Shown piece by piece: positions 29,782 through 39,375 of a stretch of DNA of 44,333 bases. The notes below the pieces were generated by a model that saw only the letters and a list, made by a program, of their open reading frames with translations, was not told the origin of the DNA and did no database searches. The stretch is from Oculatellaceae cyanobacterium bins.114 (GTDB lineage Bacteria; Cyanobacteriota; Cyanobacteriia; Elainellales; Elainellaceae), in NCBI GenBank assembly GCA_033764315.1, contig JANRJA010000243.1, positions 1-44,333 on the forward strand, in the 5' to 3' direction. Every line of letters starts with the position of its first letter. The stretch's first letter is position 1. Position numbers and translations under genes: made by a program.

Positions 29782-30912
29782 TCAACTAAGCTGTGTGCGG
29801 AATTTTTTGATGCTCACCGCCATCAAAATTACAGCGATCGCTGCCAAAGCCACAACATGCTGCCACAGTTCCATGACCCCAACTCCCTTGAGCAAAAAGC
29901 CACGAATAATAGCAACATAGTGGCGCAGCGGATTGATCCATGACAAGTGCTGAAAAATCAGAGGCATGCTTTCGATGGGGGCGATCGCGCCTGAGAGTTG
30001 GATCATCGGCAGATTGATAAAAAACGAGGTTAATACCACCTGTCGTTGATTGCGAGAAATGGTCGCCAACAAAATGCCTAAACCAATCCCAACAAAAATG
30101 TAGAGTGCTGAAACCAAGAGAAATAGCGGTAAACTGCCACGAAAGGGAACATGAAACACCAACTCGCCCACCGCTAACGCTAAGAAAATATCTGCCATCA
30201 ACAACACAAACAATGGCACGATTTTGGCAACTAAAATTTCCCAGGCTTCAGCAGGTGTAATCAACAATTGCTCTAGAGTACCCGTATCCTTTTCGCGTAC
30301 TACGGTTGAAGAAGACACCAATACGCTGGTCAGAGTCAACACCACACCTGTGACACCGGGGATAAAAAACCAACTGCTGTTGAGTCCAGGGTTATAGAGA
30401 AACGTCACCTGTGGGTCAATGATCTCAGTCATTGGCTCTGGGCTTAATTTGCGGCTAAATTGATTGGTGATTTGAGCAATGTATCCGGCTGCAATGCCTG
30501 CGGTGTTGGCATCCACACCATCAATCATGACTTGCACATCAGCGGTTTGAGACTCAGCTAATTGTTGGTCAAACTCTGGTGGAATGATTAACCCCGCTGT
30601 AATTTGTCCTTGTTGAACTTGTTTGCCTAGTGCTTGATCGTCGAAAAAATAATCTTTAGCTACAAAGATGTTGTTTTCTGTGAGGGCAGAGACAAGCTCA
30701 TGGCTTTGAATGCTATTGGAATAATCTAATACTCCTAGTTTGAGAAAATGCACTTCAGGGTTGAGTGCAAAGCCATAGACTAATAGTTGAACGGTAGGTG
30801 GAAAGATCAACAAAAATAAAAGCTGTTTGTTCTTTAAAATTTGATTCACTTCTTTGGTTGCTAATGCCCAAAGACGGCTATTAAGCAAACGATCCAACAG
30901 TTTTGTAAACAT
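29782..30912 (-). CDS. ABC-2 type transporter permease
   Basis: DGVDANTA, YNPGL, REKDTGTLEQL, NPLRHY. Confidence 0.92.
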   Translation of the reverse strand: MFTKLLDRLLNSRLWALATKEVNQILKNKQLLFLLIFPPTVQLLVYGFALNPEVHFLKLGVLDYSNSIQSHELVSALTENNIFVAKDYFFDDQALGKQVQQGQITAGLIIPPEFDQQLAESQTADVQVMIDGVDANTAGIAAGYIAQITNQFSRKLSPEPMTEIIDPQVTFLYNPGLNSSWFFIPGVTGVVLTLTSVLVSSSTVVREKDTGTLEQLLITPAEAWEILVAKIVPLFVLLMADIFLALAVGELVFHVPFRGSLPLFLLVSALYIFVGIGLGILLATISRNQRQVVLTSFFINLPMIQLSGAIAPIESMPLIFQHLSWINPLRHYVAIIRGFLLKGVGVMELWQHVVALAAIAVILMAVSIKKFRTQLS

Positions 30913-30924
30913 AGAGCTTTTTGA

Positions 30925-32034
30925 TTACTCTGAGATTTGCATGCGCTGTAAATTGCGACGTGCCACATTAAAGAGAAATAAGCTAATTCCAATTAAGACG
31001 AGCACTGAAAACCATACCCCACTCCATCCGGTGCCTCGAACAAAGGCATCACGAGTAATATCGATGTAATATCGAGCCGGAACGACGTTTGACAATAAAG
31101 ACAACGGAAAAGGAATATTGCTTAATGGATAGATAAAACCAGAGAGTAAAAATGCGGTGAGAAATCCGATGGTGGCGACCGCTTGAACGGCTGCATTTTG
31201 ATTACTGGCACGAGACCCTATGACCATGCCAAACATAACACTGGCTGTGATAAAAATAGGCGTTCCAATTAGCAGTGGAGTGGGATCACCTGCAAAACTT
31301 AGTCGGAATAATAAAGCCCCCAACCCTATCACGACGATCGCTTCAGTTAGACCGATCGCCAGATACGCCAACGCCTTTCCCAGAAGCAGTTCTGATGAAC
31401 TTAAATTAGAGGCATAGACCTGCACAATTGTTCCCTGTTCTTTTTCCCGCACAAGCGCGATCGCGGCTAACAAAGAGGGATAAATCCACAGAATTACAGC
31501 ACAAGTTCCCGGCACAATATAGAGTGATTCTTTGCGACCCGGATTAAACCAAATTCGGGTGTGAGGAATGACTCTTAAAGAGGGAGGCTGTTGCAAGTTA
31601 GAGACTTTTAAAAAGAACCGAGTAACAGCTTGAATACTGTTTTGAATAATACGGGCATTATTAACATCTGTGCCATCAACTAACACCTGAATTTCACTGG
31701 ATAACCCCGCCTTTAATTGACGAGAAAAATCAGGTGGAATAACCACAGCCGCTTTAGCTATGCTAGAGTCTAACGTTGCTCGAACCGGATCGGAACCAAC
31801 CCAGGAAATGGCTTGAAATTGATTCGTAGCAAATAACCGTTCAATATAGGAACGACTCAAAGGGCTGTTATCAAAATCTTGAATCGCAATGGGAATATTT
31901 TTGGCTTCTAAACGAATGGCAAACCCAAAGATTAAAAGCGTCAGTAAGGGCAACACAAACGCCAGAGCAACGGTCAAGCGATCGCGCCCAAATTGAGCTA
32001 ATTCTTTAGTACATTGACTCCAAATTCGTTTCAT
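30925..32034 (-). CDS. ABC-2 type transporter permease
   Basis: KELAQFGRDR, WFNPG, REKEQGT, LSGFIYP. Confidence 0.92.
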   Translation of the reverse strand: MKRIWSQCTKELAQFGRDRLTVALAFVLPLLTLLIFGFAIRLEAKNIPIAIQDFDNSPLSRSYIERLFATNQFQAISWVGSDPVRATLDSSIAKAAVVIPPDFSRQLKAGLSSEIQVLVDGTDVNNARIIQNSIQAVTRFFLKVSNLQQPPSLRVIPHTRIWFNPGRKESLYIVPGTCAVILWIYPSLLAAIALVREKEQGTIVQVYASNLSSSELLLGKALAYLAIGLTEAIVVIGLGALLFRLSFAGDPTPLLIGTPIFITASVMFGMVIGSRASNQNAAVQAVATIGFLTAFLLSGFIYPLSNIPFPLSLLSNVVPARYYIDITRDAFVRGTGWSGVWFSVLVLIGISLFLFNVARRNLQRMQISE

Positions 32035-32109
32035 ATATGAGGCAGGAAGTAGGGAGTGGGAATCGGGAATCGGGAAATAGGATTAGTGAAAGGGGAAAGG
32101 AGCGAAGAA

Positions 32110-32163
32110 GAGACGCGATTAATCGTGTATGTATTGGAGAGACGCGATTAATCGCGTCTGTAC
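32110..32163. repeat. REP-like GAGACGCGATTAATCGCGTCT repeats (2 units)
   Basis: Two units; the second overlaps the ATPase stop codon. Confidence 0.75.
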
Positions 32164-34172
32164 GGGGTTGGAGCATTTGTTTGAGATCGTTCCACAATGC
32201 CAATGAAGGTGTCTTCAAGTGAGAAAGGAATGGGCCGGAGAGAATAAATTTCGAGGGTTCCGTTAGGGATGGGGGCATCGTGTAGCAAATCTTGGATGTG
32301 GTCGAGTTCGGCATCGGGATTGTCGAGCACCAAGTGGAGGCGATCGCCAAAAATAGAAACGCGCCACGGGTCAAGCTGGGTTTTTAATAAATCTGACGCA
32401 GCTTGCGTGTGATTTGTGACTAATTCGATCAATTTGCCAGGTTGTTGAGCTTTAATCTGGCTGGGCGACCCTTGAGCCATGACCTCACCTGCCACCAAGA
32501 ACCCTAGATAGTTGCAGTGCTCTGCTTCTTCTAGGTAGTGAGTCGTCACCAAAATAGCCGTGCCGCGACGGGCAAAGTCTTCAATCAGTCGCCAAAACTG
32601 TCGTCGTGCCAGCGGATCGACTCCTGACGTCGGTTCATCTAAAAACAAAATCTCCGGTTCGTGCATCACCGATGCACCAAAGGAAACTCGCTGTTTCCAA
32701 CCACCGGGGAGACGTCCGGTGAGCATATCTTCTTGCCCTTCTAAGCCACAAATGGCGATCACCCAGTCAATTTTTTCGCGTCGCTGTTGGCGTGGCACGC
32801 CGTAAACCCCGCAATAAAACTCCAGATTTTGGACTACAGATAGGTCATCATAGAGCGTAAATTTTTGGCTCATGTATCCAATTCGTTGCCGCAAGGCAGG
32901 GTCACGCAAATTTTGGGTTTCCCCAGCCAGGATCATCTCACCCCCACTGGGGGCTAACAAGCCGCAGAGCATCTTGATCGTGGTGGTCTTGCCTGCTCCG
33001 TTTGCACCCAACAATCCATAGATCTCTCCATAACGCACTTCAAGCGTTACATCTCGCACCGCCTGAAAGGTGCCAAACATCTTACAGAGGTGTTTTGTCT
33101 TGATGGCAAGATTGCTTGCAGGGCTAGAAAATGCCCGCGATCGCCCCTTTTGCCAATGGGTACGCGGAAAAGGAATAAAGGGTGGGTCAGCCCCTCGCTG
33201 TCGCAGACGGGTGACAAAGACATTTTCTAAGGTGGCTTCGACGGGTTGAATCTCGTGGATTGCTAGATGCTGATGAGACAACAGGTGCCTCACCTCGATT
33301 TCACTCTGGTCAAGTCCTTCGGAGTTGTCACTCCCTTGGGGCGATCGCACTAAAACATCAAGGCGATCGCCAAAGGTTTGCACATCCACCAGAGCCAATG
33401 GTTGATCTGGGTTGCTTTTGGCCTGGTAAATAGCCTCTAGCAAAATGTTTTCGGTCTTTTCGAGATGATCTGTTCGCAATTCCAATCGGTGCAACCCCAA
33501 TGTCTCTCGCAATTCTCGCAGCGTACCGACCTGCTGAATGGCTCCCTCATACATCAGGGCAATCCGGTTACACCGCTCTGCCTCATCCAAATAAGGTGTT
33601 GCCACTACAATCGTCACCCCTTGACTGGCAAGGGTTGCCAACACATCCCAAAACTCGCGCCGTGACACCGGATCAACCCCCGTCGTAGGTTCATCGAGCA
33701 ACAAAATCTCAGGTTGAGACACCAGCGCACAGCACAATGCCAACTTTTGCTTCATGCCGCCCGACAGTTGCCCTGCTAGCCGCTTGCCAAACTGTTCTAG
33801 GCTCATTAGTTTGAGGTAGCGATCGCGCCTTTCTAACAAGCGATCGTGAGGCACTTCGCGCAACCCCGCACTGTAGCTCAAGTTTTCATCAATGCTCAAA
33901 TCTAAGTACAGCGAAAATTGCTGAGTGAGATAGCCAATTCCCAATCGTGCCTCTCTGGGAACCCGATTGAGCACTTCTACCGTTCCCTCGCTGGCTTCCA
34001 TGACCCCTGCCAAAATCTGGAAAGTGGTTGTTTTGCCTGCCCCATCGGGTCCAATCAGCCCAAAAATCTCACCTCGCCGCACCGTGAAGTCAATGCCCCG
34101 CACCGCAGCCACTGAGCCATAATGCTTTTTTAAGCCTTGAACGCGGATGACAGTATCGGAGGCAAAAGGCAT
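32148..34172 (-). CDS. ABC transporter ATP-binding protein with two NBDs
   Basis: GPDGAGKT/LSGGM/LLDEPT and GANGAGKT/LPGGW/FLDEPT; start ATG 34172. Confidence 0.92.
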   Translation of the reverse strand: MPFASDTVIRVQGLKKHYGSVAAVRGIDFTVRRGEIFGLIGPDGAGKTTTFQILAGVMEASEGTVEVLNRVPREARLGIGYLTQQFSLYLDLSIDENLSYSAGLREVPHDRLLERRDRYLKLMSLEQFGKRLAGQLSGGMKQKLALCCALVSQPEILLLDEPTTGVDPVSRREFWDVLATLASQGVTIVVATPYLDEAERCNRIALMYEGAIQQVGTLRELRETLGLHRLELRTDHLEKTENILLEAIYQAKSNPDQPLALVDVQTFGDRLDVLVRSPQGSDNSEGLDQSEIEVRHLLSHQHLAIHEIQPVEATLENVFVTRLRQRGADPPFIPFPRTHWQKGRSRAFSSPASNLAIKTKHLCKMFGTFQAVRDVTLEVRYGEIYGLLGANGAGKTTTIKMLCGLLAPSGGEMILAGETQNLRDPALRQRIGYMSQKFTLYDDLSVVQNLEFYCGVYGVPRQQRREKIDWVIAICGLEGQEDMLTGRLPGGWKQRVSFGASVMHEPEILFLDEPTSGVDPLARRQFWRLIEDFARRGTAILVTTHYLEEAEHCNYLGFLVAGEVMAQGSPSQIKAQQPGKLIELVTNHTQAASDLLKTQLDPWRVSIFGDRLHLVLDNPDAELDHIQDLLHDAPIPNGTLEIYSLRPIPFSLEDTFIGIVERSQTNAPTPYRRD

Positions 34173-34203
34173 AGGAAAAAGGGGGGAGGGGTGTAGGGGG
34201 TGA

Positions 34204-34298
34204 AGAGACGCGATTAATTTCGTAGGGTGAAGAGACGCGATTAATCGCAATTAATTTATGTATGGTACAGACGCGATTAATCGCGTCTGTACCATACC
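34204..34298. repeat. REP-like GAGACGCGATTAATCGCGTCT cluster (3 units)
   Basis: Includes the perfect palindrome GTATGGTACAGACGCGATTAATCGCGTCTGTACCATAC. Confidence 0.8.
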
Positions 34299-34308
34299 GT
34301 ATCTGTGA

Positions 34309-35553
34309 TTACCTTTCCAAAACGATCTCAGCATCGGCAGGCATTCCAGGCTTGGCAAATCCACTCGGTTCTTCAATGGTGATGCGAATGCCAAATACCT
34401 GTTGCACCCGATCTTCTCGAAAATAGACGTTCTCTGGGGTAAAGGATGCCTCAGCGTCGATCGCCGCTACTTGGGCCGCCAGCGGTTGATCGGGATCGGA
34501 GTCAAGATAGACTCGCGCATCTTGACCGACTCGAATATTGCCAATGTCACCCGCTGGGACAAAGCCCCGCAAGTACACGGTGTCGAGATCTACAACAGAG
34601 AGCAGGGTTCTGCCTGATGCAACGACCACACCGGGTTCTACACTGCGAGCCGTAACAACCCCATCAATTGGGCTAATAATCGTCAGATTGTCGAGTTGTG
34701 CCTGAATTTGCTGTCGCTTGGCCTGGGCATTAGCAACTTCTGACTGAGCGATCGCCCATTGCAGTCGAGCTTGTTCAAGTTGGGTGTTGAGTCGTCCGAC
34801 CTGCACCGTGCGAATGTCGGGGTTAAGGTCTGTAGAGCGGGTTTGGGTTAACCCACCCTGAGCCACTGCCACTTGACGACGAGCCGCTTCGACAGCGGCT
34901 TGCTGGCTAATGAGCGTGGCTTGTGTGGTCTGATAAGTGGTTTCTGCCTGATCAAACTGTTGTTGTGTTACGGCTCCTTCAGTCACCAGTTGGGCATAGC
35001 GATCGCGATTGAGAATGGCTAACCGCAAATCAGCATTGGCTCGCACGGCTTGCGCTTCGGTTTCTCGCAACTGGGCGATCGCCGATGCCACGGTTGCCTC
35101 CGCTTGAGAAATTCGCCCCTGCGTATCTCCGCGTGACTGTTGTAGCGTTAGCTGAGCTTCAGCGATCTGGCTCTCTAACACTGAAACCTGTAATCGAGCA
35201 CTGGCTTCTTGTTGTTGAGCCGCTTGCAATGCAGCGATCGCCCCTTGCAACTGAGCCTGCAACTCTTCATCATCCATACGCACTAAAATGTCGCCCTGCT
35301 TGACCTCTGCCCCTTCTCGCACAGTGACTTCTTCAACCCGCCCTGCCACCTTACTACCAATATCCGTTTCATAGCCCTCAATGCGACCACTCACGGGCAA
35401 ATCTCCAGTCGTAGGGCGTGAAAGCCAATACCAGGTGACTAATCCTGCACCAACCACCAGCAAGCCCAAAGGCAAGAGCAACCGACGTTTAGCAGCACGT
35501 GGCTGAGCTTGCGGCTGAGTCGGGGTTGAAGCATCTGAAACAGACTGTGCCAT
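34309..35553 (-). CDS. HlyD-family membrane fusion protein
   Basis: N-terminal TM, SGRIEG, coiled coil, SPIDGVV, FTPENV, KPGMPAD. Confidence 0.92.
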   Translation of the reverse strand: MAQSVSDASTPTQPQAQPRAAKRRLLLPLGLLVVGAGLVTWYWLSRPTTGDLPVSGRIEGYETDIGSKVAGRVEEVTVREGAEVKQGDILVRMDDEELQAQLQGAIAALQAAQQQEASARLQVSVLESQIAEAQLTLQQSRGDTQGRISQAEATVASAIAQLRETEAQAVRANADLRLAILNRDRYAQLVTEGAVTQQQFDQAETTYQTTQATLISQQAAVEAARRQVAVAQGGLTQTRSTDLNPDIRTVQVGRLNTQLEQARLQWAIAQSEVANAQAKRQQIQAQLDNLTIISPIDGVVTARSVEPGVVVASGRTLLSVVDLDTVYLRGFVPAGDIGNIRVGQDARVYLDSDPDQPLAAQVAAIDAEASFTPENVYFREDRVQQVFGIRITIEEPSGFAKPGMPADAEIVLER

Positions 35554-35794
35554 AGATGTAAACCTTAATTACCGATGCCAAAACAGATACTGAATTCCAG
35601 ACACAATAAAATCAGTGATAGCGATCGCCCCATGACACCCACTGCGGTGATCAGAGCACAATGAAAACATGAGCCAAGGAAGCTGAAGAGTGTTAAATTT
35701 GCCTCCTTAATGAAAACCTGAGAGCATCAAACACAATCTAGCTGTTGTGCTTACTGATTCAAACGCGGTTAATGATCTAAAACTAGAAGACTAA

Positions 35795-35809
35795 ACTAGA
35801 CTGTCTAGT
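35795..35809. promoter_or_regulatory. Putative TetR operator ACTAGAC-T-GTCTAGT
   Basis: Perfect 7-1-7 palindrome between divergent hlyD-like and tetR genes. Confidence 0.6.
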
Positions 35810-35897
35810 ATGACCATGCAGTGAATCTTAGATCGGTTCTGCATGACGAAACAAGAGATTTTGCAAATCTTTTAGATCTTACTGAGAGGATACTTCC

Positions 35898-36536
35898 TTG
35901 GAATCGTTGTCATCGCCCAACTCCCACATTGAAGAATCAAGCAGCACCCGCGAAAAACGGGAGCAAATTTTAAGGGGAGCCATGCATGTTTTTCTGAGTC
36001 AGGGATATGCAGGCACTAGCATGGATCGGGCCGCTGCTGCCGCAGGGGTTTCAAAACAGACCATTTATAGTCACTTTCAAGACAAAGAGGGGCTATTTTC
36101 GGCGTTGATTGAGCGAGTCACCATCAATCGCATGCAGCTCGATTTTGTTGCTGAGGCGTCTCATGGAGAACCAGTGGTACTCTTACGCCGCTTGGCCAAT
36201 ACGTTTCTGCAAAAAATGACGGATGAAGAATATCTCGCTCTGTTGCGAGTGGTGATTGCAGAGTCAGTTCGCTTCCCAGAGTTAGCACAACTTTATACTC
36301 GTACTGTCATTCAACGAGCACAACATACCCTCAGCATCTATTTCAAATCTCATGTGGAATTGGGCATTGAAGACCCAGAGGCGATCGCCCGGATCTTTTG
36401 GGGATCACTCGTCTCATTTTTGGTGTCCCAAGAGATTCTCTATGGCAAACTCGTCATGCCCATGGAAAAAGACCGTTTCGTCAATAATCTCGTTGAGCTG
36501 GTCTTGAGCAAAACTCAGTCCTTCAGTAAGGAATAA
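35898..36536 (+). CDS. TetR/AcrR-family transcriptional regulator
   Basis: GYAGTSMD..AGVSKQTIYSHFQDKEGLF HTH. Confidence 0.93.
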   Translation: MESLSSPNSHIEESSSTREKREQILRGAMHVFLSQGYAGTSMDRAAAAAGVSKQTIYSHFQDKEGLFSALIERVTINRMQLDFVAEASHGEPVVLLRRLANTFLQKMTDEEYLALLRVVIAESVRFPELAQLYTRTVIQRAQHTLSIYFKSHVELGIEDPEAIARIFWGSLVSFLVSQEILYGKLVMPMEKDRFVNNLVELVLSKTQSFSKE

Positions 36537-36739
36537 TCCTCAAGTCTGAATTAATACAATTCAGCCATATTGACACTTAACGACCTGTGCCTTAGCAGGC
36601 TAAGATAACCATTAGCGGTACTCAATCAGTACCGATGTCGAATTTATGCGCTTTATGGACCGAAGTCCATCCCCCCACAGTAGTTAACTCCCCACCTGGC
36701 GAGCTTGTCTCCCAGCGAGGGGGAGACATAGGAGGTTGT

Positions 36740-38089
36740 ATGCTCACTCAGGAAGTTTTTACTTCGCTGGCGACGGCGACTGCTGATTTTAATCGGTTGA
36801 AGTTTGAGCTAAATCGCCTCCCAGCCGTTGATGTTGGCGACTATATTGCAGATTTGGCTCCAGAACGACAGGCGATCGCCTTTCGATTGCTTAACAAAGA
36901 TCATGCGACCGATGTTTTTGAATATCTGCCGTCTGAAGTTCAAGAAGAACTGGTCAGTTCACTACACCACGCTCAAGTGCGTCAAATTGTCGAGGCCATG
37001 CGTCCCGATGATCGCGCCGAGTTATTTGATGAGTTGCCCGCAGGTATCGTTCGCAAACTATTGCAGCAACTCAGTATTGAAGAGCGTCAGGCTACTGCCA
37101 CGATTTTAGGATATGCCGAGGGCACGGCTGGACGGGTGATGACAACCGAGTATGTGCGGTTGCGAGAAGGGTTAACCGTTGGGGAGGCTCTCGAAAAAAT
37201 TCGGCGAACGGACGAAGACAAAGAAACGATCTATTACGCCTACGTGACGGATGACAACCGCAAATTAGTGCGGGTGATTTCGTTGCGGCAGTTGCTCTTT
37301 ACGATTCCGACGGTCTCAGTGCGAGATGTGGCAAGCGATCGCGTCATCAAGGCATATACCGAGATGCCTCAAGAGCAGGTCGCGCAGTTAATGAAACGCT
37401 ATGACTTGATTGCGGTGCCTGTGGTCGATCGAGAAGATCGGTTGGTGGGCATTATCACGATTGATGACGTCGTAGACATTTTAGAAGAAGAAGCCACCGA
37501 AGATATTCAAAAACTAGCAGGGGTCAGTGGTGGAGACGAAGCGGCTCTATCGCCCCCTGCCGTCACCATTCGTAAGCGGTTGCCCTGGCTATTGGGCAAT
37601 ATTGGGCTTTATATCGGTGCGGCCAGTGCGATCGCGCCATTTCAACATGTGATTGCTTTGGTGCCTGTGCTAGCGGTGATCATGCCGATTTTGTCTAACA
37701 CCAGTGGCAACGTCGCCATTCAAGCCCTCTCGGTGACGGTGCGGGGGTTGGGGGTAGGTGAGGTGACGCACGAAGATACCCTCAAAATTTTGCGAAAAGA
37801 GATTTTGGCAGGGTTTGGCACGGCGATCGCGCTGGGGACTGCCCTGGGCATTTTGTCGCTAATTTGGTCATTACCGGGCGATCGCTGGATTGCCATCATC
37901 GCGGCTCTGGTGATGATGGTGAATGTCTTAGTGGCGGCTAGTTTGGGCACGTTATTGCCGATGGGACTCAAACGCATGAATCTAGATCCTGCCTTGATTA
38001 GCGGTCCACTGCTCACCACTACCCTCGATGCGGTCGGATTTCTCACATTCCTATCGCTGATCTCACTAGCTCTAAACCTGATTGCTTGA
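36740..38089 (+). CDS. mgtE: Magnesium transporter MgtE
   Basis: MgtE N domain, CBS pair (AGRVMTTEY, VPVVDRE), DPALISGPLLTTTLD; AGGAGG RBS before ATG 36740. Confidence 0.95.
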   Translation: MLTQEVFTSLATATADFNRLKFELNRLPAVDVGDYIADLAPERQAIAFRLLNKDHATDVFEYLPSEVQEELVSSLHHAQVRQIVEAMRPDDRAELFDELPAGIVRKLLQQLSIEERQATATILGYAEGTAGRVMTTEYVRLREGLTVGEALEKIRRTDEDKETIYYAYVTDDNRKLVRVISLRQLLFTIPTVSVRDVASDRVIKAYTEMPQEQVAQLMKRYDLIAVPVVDREDRLVGIITIDDVVDILEEEATEDIQKLAGVSGGDEAALSPPAVTIRKRLPWLLGNIGLYIGAASAIAPFQHVIALVPVLAVIMPILSNTSGNVAIQALSVTVRGLGVGEVTHEDTLKILRKEILAGFGTAIALGTALGILSLIWSLPGDRWIAIIAALVMMVNVLVAASLGTLLPMGLKRMNLDPALISGPLLTTTLDAVGFLTFLSLISLALNLIA

Positions 38090-38104
38090 GATTCCATAAA
38101 TTTT

Positions 38105-38137
38105 AGTTCCCCGGCTGCTTCAAACAACCGGGGAACT
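38105..38137. terminator. Hairpin between convergent mgtE and Uma2 genes
   Basis: AGTTCCCCGG..CCGGGGAACT arms. Confidence 0.55.
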
Positions 38138-38168
38138 GAAGGATCTAAAATCAATCGAATCCACCCAT

Positions 38169-39116
38169 CTATCCCTCTAAGTCAGCTCTTACTAACTCTT
38201 GCACTTCAGCAGGGGTGAGCTGCATCAATGACGCAACTTGCTCTACTGACATTCCCTGTTGCACGAGATTGAAAGCGACTTGGCGTAACTGGGTTTCTAC
38301 TTGTTCCACTCGTGCGATCGCTCTTTCCTTATCCTCGCGTTCCTGTTCTGCATCAGTAAGCATCCAGCTTCCCTGACTATCACACCAACGCAGCCATAAG
38401 CGATCGACTCCTTGAAACTCTCCTTGCCACAGTCCTAACCCTAGCTCTAATTCTGGAATCCAAATACGAGGAGCATTCGGATCAAGTAATTGCTCCTGGT
38501 AGTGCCCACCGAGCAACTGAAAGAACCGCAGTCGATTGGTATAACGACTGAATACGACATAGTAGGGCACGCGCAAGAGTTGCTCATACACCTCCCATTT
38601 GCGGGGTGGAATGTCTTTCGCAAGTTGCCCGTTCCCCAGGTTGGTTTCTCCACAAATTGCGCTGGGCAGTGGGGGAGTGAGAGACTGATCACCCTCCGCC
38701 GCACGAGGTGAATTTGCATCCTCTCCTAAGTCTTCTTTCTCAGTACCAGGCGATAGCAGTTCAACAACAACAAAGGGGTTGACCCCTTCCTGCCAGATGA
38801 CATAACTCGATCGCATATCGGTTTCATCATATAGCCGGGGCACCCCTAGCACCAAAAACCAATCAGGACGCTTGTACCACTGAGGATGGCGGACATCGTA
38901 ATAGAGATTTAAGTCTGAGCCTGTGAAAAATTGGTTTTGAGTGTAGTTGCGAAGTCGGAGTGTGGCACTCAGCAGTTGGGGTTGTAAATCATGAAACTCG
39001 TCGGGCAAGCCAGGCTCCTCAGGATTTTCGCTCGGTAGATCATACATAGTCGGCAGCGTCTCTCTAGGAGAGAGAGGGGGGTCTGTCTGCGGAACGGGGT
39101 ACGATCGCTGGCTCAT
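38169..39116 (-). CDS. Uma2-family (PD-(D/E)XK) endonuclease with Rpn-like C-terminal tail
   Basis: LPTMYDLPSE, RPDWF, VVELLSPGT, WLRWCD. Confidence 0.88.
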   Translation of the reverse strand: MSQRSYPVPQTDPPLSPRETLPTMYDLPSENPEEPGLPDEFHDLQPQLLSATLRLRNYTQNQFFTGSDLNLYYDVRHPQWYKRPDWFLVLGVPRLYDETDMRSSYVIWQEGVNPFVVVELLSPGTEKEDLGEDANSPRAAEGDQSLTPPLPSAICGETNLGNGQLAKDIPPRKWEVYEQLLRVPYYVVFSRYTNRLRFFQLLGGHYQEQLLDPNAPRIWIPELELGLGLWQGEFQGVDRLWLRWCDSQGSWMLTDAEQEREDKERAIARVEQVETQLRQVAFNLVQQGMSVEQVASLMQLTPAEVQELVRADLEG

Positions 39117-39173
39117 AGGGGTGCACGAAGGGCAATTCTAGGCTTATTCTAGGCGATCGCGCTTGCAGTCATC

Positions 39174-39223
39174 GGATTTTGGATTTTGGATTTTAGATTT
39201 TAGATTTTAGATTTTAGATTTTG
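39174..39223. repeat. Heptamer tandem repeat (G/A)GATTTT x7 (STRR-like)
   Basis: Directly visible tandem array. Confidence 0.85.
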
Positions 39224-39375
39224 GGTTGTGAATAAGGTGGTGTTTGAGCGGCGGACGAAGGCGATCGCTATAAAAAGCACTACACATCCCGACTGGTGAT
39301 TTTCCTCCATCCTCTGATCAAAGGAAGTGGAGGCAGAGACATCTGGATGTGTAGCGTGTCAAACCCAAATTGGGA

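Noticed and set aside
32006-32374. 122-aa and 61-aa ORFs over the ATPase 3' end
   Set aside because: Translation of REP and heptamer repeats in alternative frames.
34173-34250. N-terminal extension of the ABC ATPase (LIASLHP repeats)
   Set aside because: Read-through of REP units; ATG 34172 is the more plausible start.
34204-34298. Possible CRISPR mini-array
   Set aside because: Spacers are short and irregular, units are palindromic REP-like, and there are no cas genes.
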